Both the position numbers and the translations under genes were made by a program. A stretch of DNA of 51,687 nucleotides from Gemmatimonadaceae bacterium (GTDB lineage: Bacteria > Gemmatimonadota > Gemmatimonadetes > Gemmatimonadales > Gemmatimonadaceae): the NCBI GenBank assembly GCA_044224875.1, contig JBGAJQ010000034.1, positions 1 to 51,687 of the forward strand, in the 5' to 3' direction. Shown piece after piece: positions 20,301 to 30,846 of the stretch. The notes beneath the pieces were generated by a model. It saw only the letters and a list, made by a program, of their open reading frames with translations, did no database searches and was not told the origin of the DNA. The first letter of the stretch is position 1. Every line of letters begins with the position of its first letter.

Positions 20301-21305
20301 GTCGTCTCCTCCTCGTTCGCGTCCAAGCGCTCGAAGTAGACGCGATGTACTCGCCGGCGCATCACGCGTTCGACAATGACACGGAAGCCGCGAAGGGTTG
20401 CCTCCTCTCCCGCGCGAGGAACGCGCCCAAACAGCTCGTAAATGCGTCCGATTCGCCTGAAAGTCGCGCAACTGCGCATCGGCCTTCTTGGCGCCTGGGA
20501 TAAACACCGGCGGTCGGACGAGCGACTCCCAGCCAGCGGCCGGCGGCTCGTCAGCCACAACCCATGGGAGCAGGTCCTTCGCATACAGCACGCCGATGAC
20601 ATTGTCGATCGTCTCGGCATACACCGGGAGCCGCGCGTGCTCGGCACTGCGCACACGGTCGACGACTTCCGACCACGGGCTGTCCCGGTCCACAGCGACC
20701 ATGTCAACGCGCGGGATCATGATCTCGTGGACCTCGGTATCCCCGAGTGCGAACACGCCCTTGAGCAGGACCTCCTGTTCCCGGCTGACCTCGGCCTCGG
20801 CGGCGACGATCTCTCGGAACTGCTCGGCCGTTGCCTCTCGATCCGCCTCGCGACGAGCTGGGGGCGGAAGGAGCACATGGAGCGCCTTGTCGATTGCGGT
20901 GCCGAGCGTGACGACGGGGAGCAGGACGCGCTCGGTGCCGAGGATGAAGCCGTAGAAACGCTCGGCGGCGCGCGCGCCTAACGTGTCCCCGGCACTTCGG
21001 GCCAGGCTTTCCGAAACGCCAACGAGGACGAAGGCGGCAATCGCACCGAGCAGCAAGCGCTGGCCCCCGCTGGACGTGAGACCCCACAAGGCCCACGCCG
21101 TACAGGTGCCACTCACGAGCTGCGCGACGATCCTGGCAAAGGCCAGCGCCCGGTGCGTTTTCTCGCGCCGATCGAACAACGCCTTCAAGTGAGCCGGCAA
21201 CCCATCTTCTGGGTCCAACGCGAGCAGTGCGCCGTCCGAGACGGCGCAAAGGCCCGCCAAGCCCGCGGCGAGAATGGCAACAACGAAGGCGACGCCGTCT
21301 ACCAT
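20297..21305 (-). pseudogene. CNNM/DUF21-CBS-CorC protein, disrupted by an apparent internal deletion plus frameshift near 20442 (possibly assembly artefact)
   Basis: N-part ends ...QLRDFQANRTH; the CorC tail IYELFGRVPRAGEE...RVHRVYFER continues in another frame; rest of CBS2 and start of the CorC domain missing. Confidence 0.75.
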
Positions 21306-21796
21306 TGCCCCGAGCTCCTCGCGGCCACGAGCAGCCGTTCCTGCAGGCGCCACATGGGGCTCCGTTCACGGGTCGCTTCTGGGTGCTCTCGGCCTAACGC
21401 GTGCAGCACACCGTGAATCACCACACGCGCCATCTCCTCGCGAGCCGATACGCCGGCCGCGCGCGCATTGGCCCGCACGACATCGGGCGCAATGTAGATA
21501 TCCGCGACAATGGGTTCATGTCGCGATCGGCGTCGGAAGGCCAGCGTGATGATGTCCGTGGCGCCGCGATGCTCCATGATGCGAAGGTTCAGGCTCGCGA
21601 TCTTGCGATTGCCGACGCATGCGATCGAGAGCATCGCGTGCCGCACGCGCATTCGCTGGAGTGTGGCAAGCGTGAGGGTGCGAATACGCGGAATGGCCAG
21701 CGGCAGTCCGAGCGTCGTGGACGAGATCTCCACGGACAGACCGGGCGACTGGCGTCGCAACGGAGGTTCGGAGGCTCCCGGGGACGAGCTTGGCAT
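21299..21796 (-). CDS. ybeY: rRNA maturation endoribonuclease YbeY
   Basis: ATDIITL, DIYIA, VIHGVLHALGREH metal motif; downstream of phoH. Confidence 0.92.
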   Translation of the reverse strand: MPSSSPGASEPPLRRQSPGLSVEISSTTLGLPLAIPRIRTLTLATLQRMRVRHAMLSIACVGNRKIASLNLRIMEHRGATDIITLAFRRRSRHEPIVADIYIAPDVVRANARAAGVSAREEMARVVIHGVLHALGREHPEATRERSPMWRLQERLLVAARSSGQW

Positions 21797-21807
21797 GACG
21801 AGCGGCG

Positions 21808-22761
21808 TCAGGCGCCAGCGTCGTCCGCGTACGCCTTAATGATTTCGCGGACGAGTCGGTGACGGACGACGTCGGCATCGGCCAGGTAGTGAAAACCAAT
21901 GCCGTCGATTCCGGTGAGAATGCGCTCGATCTGTATGAGCCCGGATTCTTCTCTCTTTGGCAAGTCGATCTGCGTCTTGTCGCCCGTAATGACGGTGCGT
22001 GAGTTCACTCCCAGACGCGTGAGGAACATCTTCATTTGCGCTGTCGTCGCGTTCTGCGCTTCGTCCAGGATCACGAATGCATCGGACAAGGTGCGGCCAC
22101 GCATGTAGGCCAGCGGAGCGATCTCGATGATCCGCGTCTCGAGGGCGCGCTGCATGCGTTCGGGAGGCATCATGTCTTCGAGCGCATCGTACAGCGGGCG
22201 GAGGTACGGATCCACCTTGGCCTGCATGTCACCCGGGAGAAAGCCGAGGCTCTCGCCAGCTTCAACAGCCGGACGCGCCAGGACGATCCGGCGAACCCGC
22301 TTGCGGCTGAGCGCGTCCACGGCCGCGGCGACGGCCAAATACGTCTTGCCCGTTCCGGCCGGTCCGATCCCCACGACGATGTCGTTCTCGCCGATCAGCC
22401 GCAGGTAATCTGCCTGCCCAGGTGTCTTGGGCTGAATGATCTTGCGCACCCCCGGCAGGATGATACGCATGTCGTCGCCGGACGCGCCGTCGCGCGTCTG
22501 CTCCAGGCTCATGCGAAGCACATCGTCGGCCTCGAGTGTCTGCCGCTGGCGCGCGGCGTCGATCATCCGCTGCCCCAGCGCGGCGGCGCGTTCGACGGAC
22601 TCGGCAGGTCCAACGATCGAGAGGACGTCGCCCCGCATAGCCACGCGTGTCCCGGTCTGCCGACCCAACTCGAGCAGGTTGGCATCGTGCACGCCAGCCA
22701 GGACGAGGGGATCTACGCCCTCGGCGTTCAATCGGTGGGTCACGTCGTCGGTCACGGTCAC
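21808..22761 (-). CDS. phoH: PhoH-family ATPase (YbeZ-like)
   Basis: [49 protein letters not shown]. Confidence 0.96.
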   Translation of the reverse strand: MTVTDDVTHRLNAEGVDPLVLAGVHDANLLELGRQTGTRVAMRGDVLSIVGPAESVERAAALGQRMIDAARQRQTLEADDVLRMSLEQTRDGASGDDMRIILPGVRKIIQPKTPGQADYLRLIGENDIVVGIGPAGTGKTYLAVAAAVDALSRKRVRRIVLARPAVEAGESLGFLPGDMQAKVDPYLRPLYDALEDMMPPERMQRALETRIIEIAPLAYMRGRTLSDAFVILDEAQNATTAQMKMFLTRLGVNSRTVITGDKTQIDLPKREESGLIQIERILTGIDGIGFHYLADADVVRHRLVREIIKAYADDAGA

Positions 22762-24539
22762 GGGAGCGTCTTCAGATGCAACGCCACGAGGTCCGCGTCG
22801 ATCACGGGGACAGGGGCGCCTTCGAACAAGGCGCGGGCGGCGGTCGTCTTGGGAAAGGCAATCACGTCGCGCAGGGACGGTGCTTGTGCCAGTAACATGG
22901 CAATCCGATCGAATCCCAGCGCAAAACCACCGTGCGGAGGCGCCCCGGCAGCCAACCCGTCGAGCAGGAAACCAAACCGACGTCCCTGTTCTTCGGCCGG
23001 GATGCCTAACAACCGGAACACCGTGCCTTGAAGTTCCGGATCGGTGATGCGGATCGACCCACTGCCCAGTTCGTTGCCGTTGTACACGGCGTCGTAGTGC
23101 AACGCACGGCAGCGGTCAGGATCGCTATCGAGGTGCGGGAGATCCTCAGGGTGCGGCGAGGTGAACGGGTGGTGGGCAAACACGCGGGTGCCGGTCGCTG
23201 GATCGACTTCAAACAATGGAAAGTCGACGATCCAGCAGAAGGCGTGCTCCTTCACACGCGTCATACCCGGACGCGCCACCACCATCGTGCGTACGGCGTG
23301 GAGTGCTGGTGACGTGACGTGGTCCGCGCCGACGACCGCGAGCACGAGCTCGCCCACTGGAGCGTTGAGCTGGTCGAGCGCTGCGGTTCCGAGCGCCTTG
23401 ACTCCCTGCCCCTCCCAACCTGCCTCTGTGCGCTTTGCCCACATCAGACCACCTGCCTTGGCGTCCTTGGCCGCGGCGGCGAAGCCATCGATCTCCTTGC
23501 GCGACGCGTCCGCGGCGCCTGGCACACGAAGGGCACGCACGCGGCCCGAGGCGCCTAACGCCTCGCGCACGAACGGCGCCGCATCCTCGCCAACCAGCGG
23601 CGTCAGGTCCGTAATCGTGAGGGCATATCGCAGGTCGGGCTTGTCGACGCCGTATCGCTCCATCGCCTCACGCCACGCCAGACGTGGGAACGGCGCCGGG
23701 ATGTCATGGCCACCCTCCTTCCAGAGAGCGACCAGCACCATCTCGATGAAGCCCTGTACGTCCTCCTGCGTGACGAAACTGGCCTCGATGTCAATCTGCG
23801 TGAACTCCGGCTGTCGGTCGGCGCGCAGGTCCTCATCGCGGAAGCAGCGCGCGATCTGGAAGTAGCGGTCGAAGCCCGCCACCATCAGGAGCTGCTTGTA
23901 GATCTGTGGCGATTGCGGGAGCGCGTAGAATTCGCCCGCGTGCACACGACTCGGCACCAAGTAGTCTCGCGCGCCCTCCGGTGTGGGCTTCGTGAGGATG
24001 GGTGTCTCGATTTCCAGGAACCCGGCCTGCGCCAATGTCCGACGGGCGACCTGCAGCAGCCGGTGGCGCATAACGAGGTTGGCCTGCAGCTCCGGTCGGC
24101 GAAGGTCGAGAATGCGGTGCTTCAGCCGCAGCTCTTCCGCGGCCAGCTTCTCGCCTTTGCCCCGCGCGACGGGTATGGCCGGCGTCACTGCAGGTCCGAC
24201 GATCTTCGCGCTCGTCGCCTGGACCTCGACCGCCCCCGTCGCCAGCTCGCTATTGCGACCTTCCGCGGGTCGAGCGACCACAGCGCCTTCAACCAGCACC
24301 ACCGTCTCGGGGGTCAGCTGCTCGGCCACGGCCATGGTGGTCGGATCGGCCGCCGTCGGGTTGAACGATACCTGCACCAATCCCAGCCGATCGCGTAAGT
24401 CGACAAACACCAATCCGCCGAGGTTGCGCGTGCGATGCACCCAACCGCCCAGGCGGACGTGCGTCCCAACGTGCGACTCGCGCAACTCGCCACACGCATG
24501 TGTGCGCATGGTGGTCGAAAGTGGTGCTGACCCGCTCAC
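22758..24539 (-). CDS. aspS: Aspartate--tRNA ligase
   Basis: [59 protein letters not shown]. Confidence 0.98.
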   Translation of the reverse strand: MSGSAPLSTTMRTHACGELRESHVGTHVRLGGWVHRTRNLGGLVFVDLRDRLGLVQVSFNPTAADPTTMAVAEQLTPETVVLVEGAVVARPAEGRNSELATGAVEVQATSAKIVGPAVTPAIPVARGKGEKLAAEELRLKHRILDLRRPELQANLVMRHRLLQVARRTLAQAGFLEIETPILTKPTPEGARDYLVPSRVHAGEFYALPQSPQIYKQLLMVAGFDRYFQIARCFRDEDLRADRQPEFTQIDIEASFVTQEDVQGFIEMVLVALWKEGGHDIPAPFPRLAWREAMERYGVDKPDLRYALTITDLTPLVGEDAAPFVREALGASGRVRALRVPGAADASRKEIDGFAAAAKDAKAGGLMWAKRTEAGWEGQGVKALGTAALDQLNAPVGELVLAVVGADHVTSPALHAVRTMVVARPGMTRVKEHAFCWIVDFPLFEVDPATGTRVFAHHPFTSPHPEDLPHLDSDPDRCRALHYDAVYNGNELGSGSIRITDPELQGTVFRLLGIPAEEQGRRFGFLLDGLAAGAPPHGGFALGFDRIAMLLAQAPSLRDVIAFPKTTAARALFEGAPVPVIDADLVALHLKTLP

Positions 24540-24913
24540 GTCGTTCGCTCCCGGCGCCGTTGCGCCAGTGAAAGTCCAAGGATTCCCGTCGTCGCTCCCG
24601 CCATGTCCGCCACCCAGTCTACCACGTCCATGTCACGGCCGGGGACAAACTGCTGGTGCCACTCGTCGATCGCCGCGAACACGGCGACTGCGATGAGCAC
24701 CCGCGCAATGATGGTGGTCGACGACCCCGCGGCGCGCGCACGGAGCAAGAGCGCCCCAAACACGGCGTACAACGCGAAGTGTACGATCTTGTCGGCGTTG
24801 GGTACCGCATGCGCACTCGGAATCACGCTTCCAGGCAACGACGTAAGCGTGAGGATCACGGCGGCCCACAACATCGGCCAGCGGATCCGACGTGCGAGTG
24901 GCTCGTCGGGCAA
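24536..24913 (-). CDS. VanZ-like family membrane protein
   Basis: DKIVHFALYAVFG, AAIDEWHQQFVPGR...DWVAD. Confidence 0.88.
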   Translation of the reverse strand: MPDEPLARRIRWPMLWAAVILTLTSLPGSVIPSAHAVPNADKIVHFALYAVFGALLLRARAAGSSTTIIARVLIAVAVFAAIDEWHQQFVPGRDMDVVDWVADMAGATTGILGLSLAQRRRERTT

Positions 24914-24955
24914 AGCTCAGACCTTCAGGTCGTCAGACGTGAACATGGAGCGTTA

Positions 24956-24984
24956 AATCTATGCGGTGAGCGCATTTCCGTGAA
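24956..24984 (-). promoter_or_regulatory. Putative sigma70 promoter for the vanZ-aspS-phoH-ybeY operon
   Basis: Minus strand TTCACG-N17-TAGATT in the divergent intergenic region. Confidence 0.45.
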
Positions 24985-24993
24985 GCGCCGCGA

Positions 24994-25022
24994 TTGACCA
25001 CTGCCGAATCGATCCCTATGCT
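24994..25022 (+). promoter_or_regulatory. Putative sigma70 promoter giving a leaderless transcript
   Basis: TTGACC-N17-TATGCT then 6 nt to ATG 25029; no SD. Confidence 0.6.
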
Positions 25023-25028
25023 CCTTCC

Positions 25029-25932
25029 ATGCGCGTCGCTGCTGCCCTCGCTGTGAGTCTCGCCATCCCCCAACTGGTTGCGGCTCAACAGATACCGGGG
25101 CGGGACCTCTTTGATTTTCCGCTGGGTTCAATCGCCGAAGCCGGGGCGATGTCCCTCGCATCGGCGGATGGACTTCGGAATCCGGCCAGCATCCTTCTGC
25201 CGGCGTCGGCGCTGGCTCGGCTCAGTTTCTCTTCTCTCCTTACCGGTTCCCAACAGGGGGTGAGCGGGCAGGTCGTGGCAGCCGCTTACTCATGGGAACG
25301 GACCACCTTCGGTCTGTCGGTGGCGCGAGCGAGCGTTGCCGGCATAGCCCGAACGGACAGCGACCCACAATCCATCGGAGGCGACGTCCCGTACAACGGG
25401 CTCGCCGTGTCGGCGATGGTGGCCAAGCGCCAATCGAATCGCCTGTCGGGCGGGTTGGCGGTTCGTTGGTTACGGGGTGAGTTGGACCTTACGGCTCGTT
25501 CCGAAGTTGGAATCGACGCAGGTGTCGTGGCTGAGCACCTGACCCGCTTTGACGCCCGGTTAGCGGCATCCAGCTTCTTCTGGCGGCCAGGTACGCATAG
25601 TGGTGACGGCGCCTCCTTTTCCGGCGCCGCGGACGTGCGAGCGTTGGGCACGACGGAGGCGCAGGCCGTGCGAGTTGGGTACTCCCCTTGTTTCCACGCC
25701 AGGCACTTCGACCGAGTCGTACGTGTTCACCTCCGCCCGTTGGCAAGTAGTCGAGGCACGCACGGGGGTTTCTCGGAGTGCCGCATACACGCACGAGACG
25801 TTGCGCTGGCGGCTGGCCTTGGGCGTCCACGTCGACCGGTACTTCGTGGCGATTGCGAGAGAGGACAGCCCGGCCGGGCTGGCCCCGTCGTACCAATTCA
25901 CCCTAACGAGTCTTTTCCCGGTTCGGCAATGA
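25029..25932 (+). CDS. Exported, probable outer-membrane beta-barrel protein; +1 frameshift in the C-run at 25684-25687
   Basis: Signal peptide, NPA motif, alternating beta-strand pattern; removing one C joins ...VRVGYS to LVSTPG...YQFTLTSLFPVRQ*, whose stop overlaps the rlmN ATG. Confidence 0.65.
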
Positions 25933-27002
25933 TAGAGCTGTTAGACCTCGCACCATCGGATGCTGCCCAACACCTCGCGGCCTTTTTCCAGGCTCGTGGG
26001 CTTCCGGCGTATCGCGTCGGACAGGTGATGCATCGTCTGTGGCAGCAACCCGTGGCGTCTTTCGCCGAGATGACGGACCTGCCACGCGACGTGCGCGGTG
26101 AACTCGCGTACGCCTTTTCTCTTGGGCGACTGGCGCTGGAGGCACAACAGACGTCTGCCGATGGCACGCGCAAATTCCTGTTCCGGCTGGTCGACGGGCA
26201 GATGATCGAGACCGTGGCCATTCCCGAGGATGGCCGGCTCACCCTGTGCATCTCCTCGCAGGCAGGGTGCGCGTTGCAGTGTGCCTTCTGCGCCACCGGT
26301 GCGATGGGGTTTTCCCGCAACTTGTCGCCACTCGAGATTGCTGGGCAGGTGCGCGAACTGGCCCTGCTCGATCCTCCGTTGCACCCGACGAACATCGTGT
26401 TCATGGGGATGGGAGAGCCGCTCATGAACTGGAAGGCGGTCGACGTGGTGCTGACGATCCTCAACGCGCCTGACGGATTCGGCATCGGGGCGCGGCACAT
26501 TACCGTGTCCACCGTGGGTGTGTTGCCGGGGATCGAAGCACTTGCCAGGCGCCCAGAACAGTTCCGCCTCGCGATCTCCATTCACGCGCCGACCGATGAG
26601 CTGCGGCGCAGCCTGATGCCGGTGAACATCAAGTATCCACTCGCCGATGTCATCCACGCTGCCAAGTCCTTCGATCGCCGAGTGACGTTCGAGTATGTCA
26701 TGCTGGGCGACGTGAACGACACGCAGGCACAAGCGTCGCAGCTGGCGGTGCTCGCTCGGGAGTGTCGCGCCTTCGTCAACCTCATTCCCCTGCATCCCGG
26801 GGGTGTCGGCGACTTTCACCCGACACCGGGGCGCCGAATACACCTTTTTGCCGAGTGGTTGCGCCGAGCCGGGGTGGAGGTTGCGGTCCGCAAGAGTCGC
26901 GGCACCGACATTGCCGCGGCTTGTGGGCAACTACGGGTAGAGCGGTTGCGGCGGCGGCCGCCAGTTGGCACCGAGGAAGACGGTGACATCCAGGTAGCGT
27001 AG
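25929..27002 (+). CDS. rlmN: Dual-specificity RNA methyltransferase RlmN (radical SAM)
   Basis: CISSQAGCALQCAFCATG, NIVFMGMGEPL, FEYVML, VNLIP, RGTDIAAACGQL. Confidence 0.96.
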   Translation: MIELLDLAPSDAAQHLAAFFQARGLPAYRVGQVMHRLWQQPVASFAEMTDLPRDVRGELAYAFSLGRLALEAQQTSADGTRKFLFRLVDGQMIETVAIPEDGRLTLCISSQAGCALQCAFCATGAMGFSRNLSPLEIAGQVRELALLDPPLHPTNIVFMGMGEPLMNWKAVDVVLTILNAPDGFGIGARHITVSTVGVLPGIEALARRPEQFRLAISIHAPTDELRRSLMPVNIKYPLADVIHAAKSFDRRVTFEYVMLGDVNDTQAQASQLAVLARECRAFVNLIPLHPGGVGDFHPTPGRRIHLFAEWLRRAGVEVAVRKSRGTDIAAACGQLRVERLRRRPPVGTEEDGDIQVA

Positions 27003-27368
27003 CGAATCGCGACGCGTATCTACGCGCGCGCCGCCTAACGCCTTGGCCACGGCCTGCGCCCATTCCGGGTGCCCAGAACGGTCAACCACCAGCGTGGAGT
27101 CACGACGCAGCGTGTCGGACGCATAACGCACCACGTCGAACCCGGCGTCTCGGAGGTAGAACGTTGCCTGCCGTGCCAACCCGCGCACCCCGGTGCCGTT
27201 CACCACCTCGACGATGATCCGCGCGCCGGCCGGTGCCTTGATCGCCGGCGTCGACACCGGGACCGCGGCGCGCGGAACGACCCGTCGCGACCACCACACG
27301 ACGACGGCCGCAACACCCGCGATCACCAACGCCGCCGCAATGCCCCGCGCTATCGCACGCGATTCCAC
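26931..27368 (-). CDS. LytR C-terminal domain protein with N-terminal TM anchor
   Basis: IVEVVNGTGVRGLARQATFYLRDAGFDVV...DVTVFLGANW; overlaps the rlmN 3' end convergently. Confidence 0.85.
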   Translation of the reverse strand: MESRAIARGIAAALVIAGVAAVVVWWSRRVVPRAAVPVSTPAIKAPAGARIIVEVVNGTGVRGLARQATFYLRDAGFDVVRYASDTLRRDSTLVVDRSGHPEWAQAVAKALGGARVDTRRDSLRYLDVTVFLGANWRPPPQPLYP

Positions 27369-27958
27369 AGTGCCACCGTTTCTGGAAAGACGGGTTTTCC
27401 CTCCCGTAGGGTCCACTCCAGCCGCATGCGCACCACCTGCCGAAACACCCCGTCGAAATCGTGCGGCAAGTGCGCGGCAAGGAAAGCGCGGTCGCCCTGC
27501 ATGAACGGACGACCCGGTTCCAGGAAGTCGGCCATGAACAGCGCTCGACCGGTGGCGCCCCAGTCGGGGTTGCCTAACGTATGCCAGCGGATGGCCTCGA
27601 GCACGTCCTCCCGCCCCTCGCCCTCGCGAGCCAGACGAGCAGCCGCCGCCGGTCCATGCAGGACTGTCGTGGGCCGCGGATCGTCGCCAAGCTCGGCACG
27701 CAACTCGACGTCGCCAGCATCGCGGAGCGCATCGTGCCATGCGCCCGCATCGTGCCATGCTCGGCGCGCCGCCTCATCGAGCCCGAGCTGACCACTCCAG
27801 TTATCCAACAATGCCGTCACCCGCGCGATGTGGGCCCGACGCTTCTCGCTCACGATCGCCCATGGCGGGAGGTCTGCGACGATTGGAGATAGTGACACGG
27901 GCGCGGCGATGATATGTGGCGGGAAACGCAACGTAGGCGAGCCCGCGTTAGGTGTCAA
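27350..27958 (-). CDS. YqeK-like HD-domain hydrolase (Ap4A hydrolase family)
   Basis: RRAHIARV, WHDALRD, LHGPAAA, AIRWHTLG, LFMADFLEPGR; start uncertain. Confidence 0.82.
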   Translation of the reverse strand: MTPNAGSPTLRFPPHIIAAPVSLSPIVADLPPWAIVSEKRRAHIARVTALLDNWSGQLGLDEAARRAWHDAGAWHDALRDAGDVELRAELGDDPRPTTVLHGPAAAARLAREGEGREDVLEAIRWHTLGNPDWGATGRALFMADFLEPGRPFMQGDRAFLAAHLPHDFDGVFRQVVRMRLEWTLREGKPVFPETVALWNRVR

Positions 27959-27965
27959 ATCGCCG

Positions 27966-30044
27966 CTAGCGCAAGTGCGTCAGGCGTCGGGCGAGTTCGC
28001 CGAGGTAGCCCACGAGCGACTGCAGTTCAGCCGTAGCTCCTTCCAACTCGGCTAGCGCGCGTGCTTGGTCCTTGGTGGAGGACGACACGTCCGCAGCACC
28101 GACCCGATTCTGGGCCGAAATCACCGCCAGCCGCTCGCTGCGCTCTCGCGTCTGTGCCACAAATCCTTCCTGCTCCGTCGACGCTTCGGCGATTCGGCGC
28201 GACCACGCGGCGGCCGAGTGACTCGCGTCCAGGATGGCCTGTAACCCGCGCTGAGCGCTGACGGAAATCGACTCCACGTCGGCCAACCCGGATCGCCCGC
28301 TTTCCATCTGCTCGGCGGCACGCTGCGCTTGCGAGGCGAAGGATGTAAGGATTTGAGAAGCTGAATCGGAGGCACGGGCGCTTTGCTCAGCCAGTCGTCG
28401 AATCTCCTGGGCCACGACGGCGAAACCGCGCCCCTCGTGGCCGGCTCGCGCCGCCTCGATCGCTGCGTTGAGCGCCAGCAGGTTCGTTTGCTCGGCCAAG
28501 TCACGAATGGCTGCCACAAACTCGTTGATGCGGCGTGTGCCAGCACTCAACTCGTCGAGAATCGTGGCGCTCTCTCCCACGAACTGCTTGGTGGTGACGA
28601 GCCGCTCGATGGCGGAGGCCACCGTGTCCCGCTGTTCGTGCGCGATGCCGGCCGAGCGTTCCGATGCAGTGGCGGCATCGCCGGCGTCACGCGCCACAGA
28701 GGAGGTGAGCCGATAGAGCTGATCCGCCGCATCACGGCTTTCCGCCGCCTGTGTCTGCTCTTCGGCCACCGAGCGCGACATTTCATCCGACAACCGTGCG
28801 ACAGACTCACCACCACGACGCAGCGCCTGCGCGGAGTCGGTCATGGTGGCCAGTTGTCGCTCCAAGCGATGCACCGCTTCGATCAATGGCCGCCGGAGGT
28901 CTTGAATCTGCATGGTAGTCGCCAGCTGCGACGCCACCCGTTGCGCGAGGGCCTGCTGTTTGGGACCGTACATGGAGCGCTTGTGATGCTCCAGCTCCAT
29001 CAGTCCGACCGTTCGCTCACCAAACCGGAGGGGAACGATCAACAAGCTTCGGCCGGTGCTGCCCGGGACCAGGCGCGGGTCTCGCAACGCATCCACCACG
29101 CGTTGCGACTCTCCGCGCTCCAGCGCCTGCTTGCGAAGCGTCGCGAGGGCCTCAGATGCCGGTTCCGGTTGCGCCAGCAGTCCAGCGCGATCGCTGAACA
29201 CCACCGACGGCCCTCCCTCTGACATGCTCACGATGCGGAAATCGGACCAGTCGACGAGGCGATTGGCCAGGGACGCGATTTGCGAAAAGGCCTCGGCCAT
29301 GGTGGCGTCGGAGCTGACGACAAGTTCCATCGCGTGCAACTTGTGAAGCTCTTCCGCACCGATCGCTTCCTCCAGGATCCGTCGAAAGAGCATGCCTCCG
29401 AAGGCCAGTGCCAAGGTCACGAGGATCCAGCCGGGGCGCGAGACGTACTCCAGAGTGAGCAGGATGATCGTCACCGCCAGCGTGGACGCCACGAAAGTCA
29501 GCGTCTCGTAGCGGACGATGAGCGAGAGCTCGTCCGACATGAGCTTTCGCCGTGAGAGCAGCGAGAAGTATTGCAGCGCTCGCGACAAGGCGAAGTGGAG
29601 CAACACGAACAGGCTGATCGCCGGCAAGGTCGGCGCACCTAACGTCCCAACGAGTCCGTTCGGCGTCAGTCCGCCAACCACCACGTAGACGCCAAACGCC
29701 GCGACGACCGCGAGGACCTCGCGGCAGGCATTGATCCACGCCGCTTCCACCGGCTTGTCGAGCAGCCACGAGTCAGTGGTCAGGACACCAATGGCCAGCG
29801 CCAGAATGGTCGAAGGAAGTCCCGCGGCCAGCGTTCCTCCGATTGCCACGACCGAAACGCCAGACAGGTACGAGTATTTCGTCAGCGCCAGCGGGCGAGC
29901 GCGCAACAACAACGTGCCGAAGAACAGGGCGACCAACCGCTCCGGGTGTTGCAGCCAGCGCAGGTCATTGGCCAGAACGGCGATCGATACGAGCAGGCCG
30001 GCGATCATCGTGCCGCGCCCGACCGCATCAACGCGGATGCGCAC
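27966..30044 (-). CDS. Methyl-accepting chemotaxis-like receptor: multi-TM N-terminus + GAF + MCP signalling domain
   Basis: [44 protein letters not shown]-like [22 protein letters not shown] just after the trpA stop. Confidence 0.88.
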   Translation of the reverse strand: MRIRVDAVGRGTMIAGLLVSIAVLANDLRWLQHPERLVALFFGTLLLRARPLALTKYSYLSGVSVVAIGGTLAAGLPSTILALAIGVLTTDSWLLDKPVEAAWINACREVLAVVAAFGVYVVVGGLTPNGLVGTLGAPTLPAISLFVLLHFALSRALQYFSLLSRRKLMSDELSLIVRYETLTFVASTLAVTIILLTLEYVSRPGWILVTLALAFGGMLFRRILEEAIGAEELHKLHAMELVVSSDATMAEAFSQIASLANRLVDWSDFRIVSMSEGGPSVVFSDRAGLLAQPEPASEALATLRKQALERGESQRVVDALRDPRLVPGSTGRSLLIVPLRFGERTVGLMELEHHKRSMYGPKQQALAQRVASQLATTMQIQDLRRPLIEAVHRLERQLATMTDSAQALRRGGESVARLSDEMSRSVAEEQTQAAESRDAADQLYRLTSSVARDAGDAATASERSAGIAHEQRDTVASAIERLVTTKQFVGESATILDELSAGTRRINEFVAAIRDLAEQTNLLALNAAIEAARAGHEGRGFAVVAQEIRRLAEQSARASDSASQILTSFASQAQRAAEQMESGRSGLADVESISVSAQRGLQAILDASHSAAAWSRRIAEASTEQEGFVAQTRERSERLAVISAQNRVGAADVSSSTKDQARALAELEGATAELQSLVGYLGELARRLTHLR

Positions 30045-30045
30045 G

Positions 30046-30846
30046 TTAGGCTTCGTCAAGCGCCCCACGCAGTGACCGAACCAACCGCCCGACTGCCTCG
30101 GGGCCTTCGCTCGCCGCGCGCACGACGGCGCTTCCCACGACGATCCCGTCGGCCAGTTGCCCAAGGGCGCGCGCCTGGGCCGGCGTGGAAACACCGAAGC
30201 CGACGCAGACTGGCATGGCGGTGGCCTGCCGCAATCGCGCGATGACTTCCGGAAGGTCCGCGGCGAGGTCGTCGCGCGTGCCGGTGACGCCGAGGCGCGA
30301 TATGAGATAAACGAACCCACCGCCGTGTGACGCGATGTCGCGCATCCGCTCGATCGGCGTCGTTGGTGCCACCAAACGAACGAACGCCAAGGGACCGTTG
30401 CCAAACCGCTGTTCGAGCGCCGGATCTGCTCCGACGGGGAGGTCCGTGATCAGGACGCCGTGTGCACCGGCGGCGGCTGCCCGGTCGAGCGCTGTAGGGC
30501 CGGCCGCCAGCAAGGGGTTGAGGTAGCTGAACAGCACGACGGGAACGGAGACTTTGGCCTGGGTGATGAGCGCCAACGTGCGATCGAACGTGACCCCCTG
30601 TTCCAGTGCGGCCTGCGAGCTGGCCTGAATGACTGGGCCATCGGCCATCGGGTCCGAAAACGGGAGCCCGATTTCGATGACGTCGGCCCCGGACGCCTCC
30701 AGCGTCTGCATGAGGGCAACGGTTGCGTCTGGCGAAGGGTGCCCGGCCGTGATGTAGGTGACCAGTGCGCGGCGCCCCCGGGCTGCCAGCGCGGCCATGT
30801 GCCGACTCAGGACTTCAGACGAAGTAGTCGCCGACGTTGATCCCAT
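30046..30846 (-). CDS. trpA: Tryptophan synthase alpha chain (start 30846 or 30798)
   Basis: [56 protein letters not shown]. Confidence 0.96.
   Translation of the reverse strand: MGSTSATTSSEVLSRHMAALAARGRRALVTYITAGHPSPDATVALMQTLEASGADVIEIGLPFSDPMADGPVIQASSQAALEQGVTFDRTLALITQAKVSVPVVLFSYLNPLLAAGPTALDRAAAAGAHGVLITDLPVGADPALEQRFGNGPLAFVRLVAPTTPIERMRDIASHGGGFVYLISRLGVTGTRDDLAADLPEVIARLRQATAMPVCVGFGVSTPAQARALGQLADGIVVGSAVVRAASEGPEAVGRLVRSLRGALDEA

Noticed and set aside
19314..21353. 679-aa double-CNNM fusion in the ORF track
   Set aside because: Explained by a deletion/frameshift; two genes with a GTGA overlap
25029..27002. 657-aa secreted-protein-RlmN fusion
   Set aside because: Single extra C; RlmN has its own ATG overlapping the corrected stop
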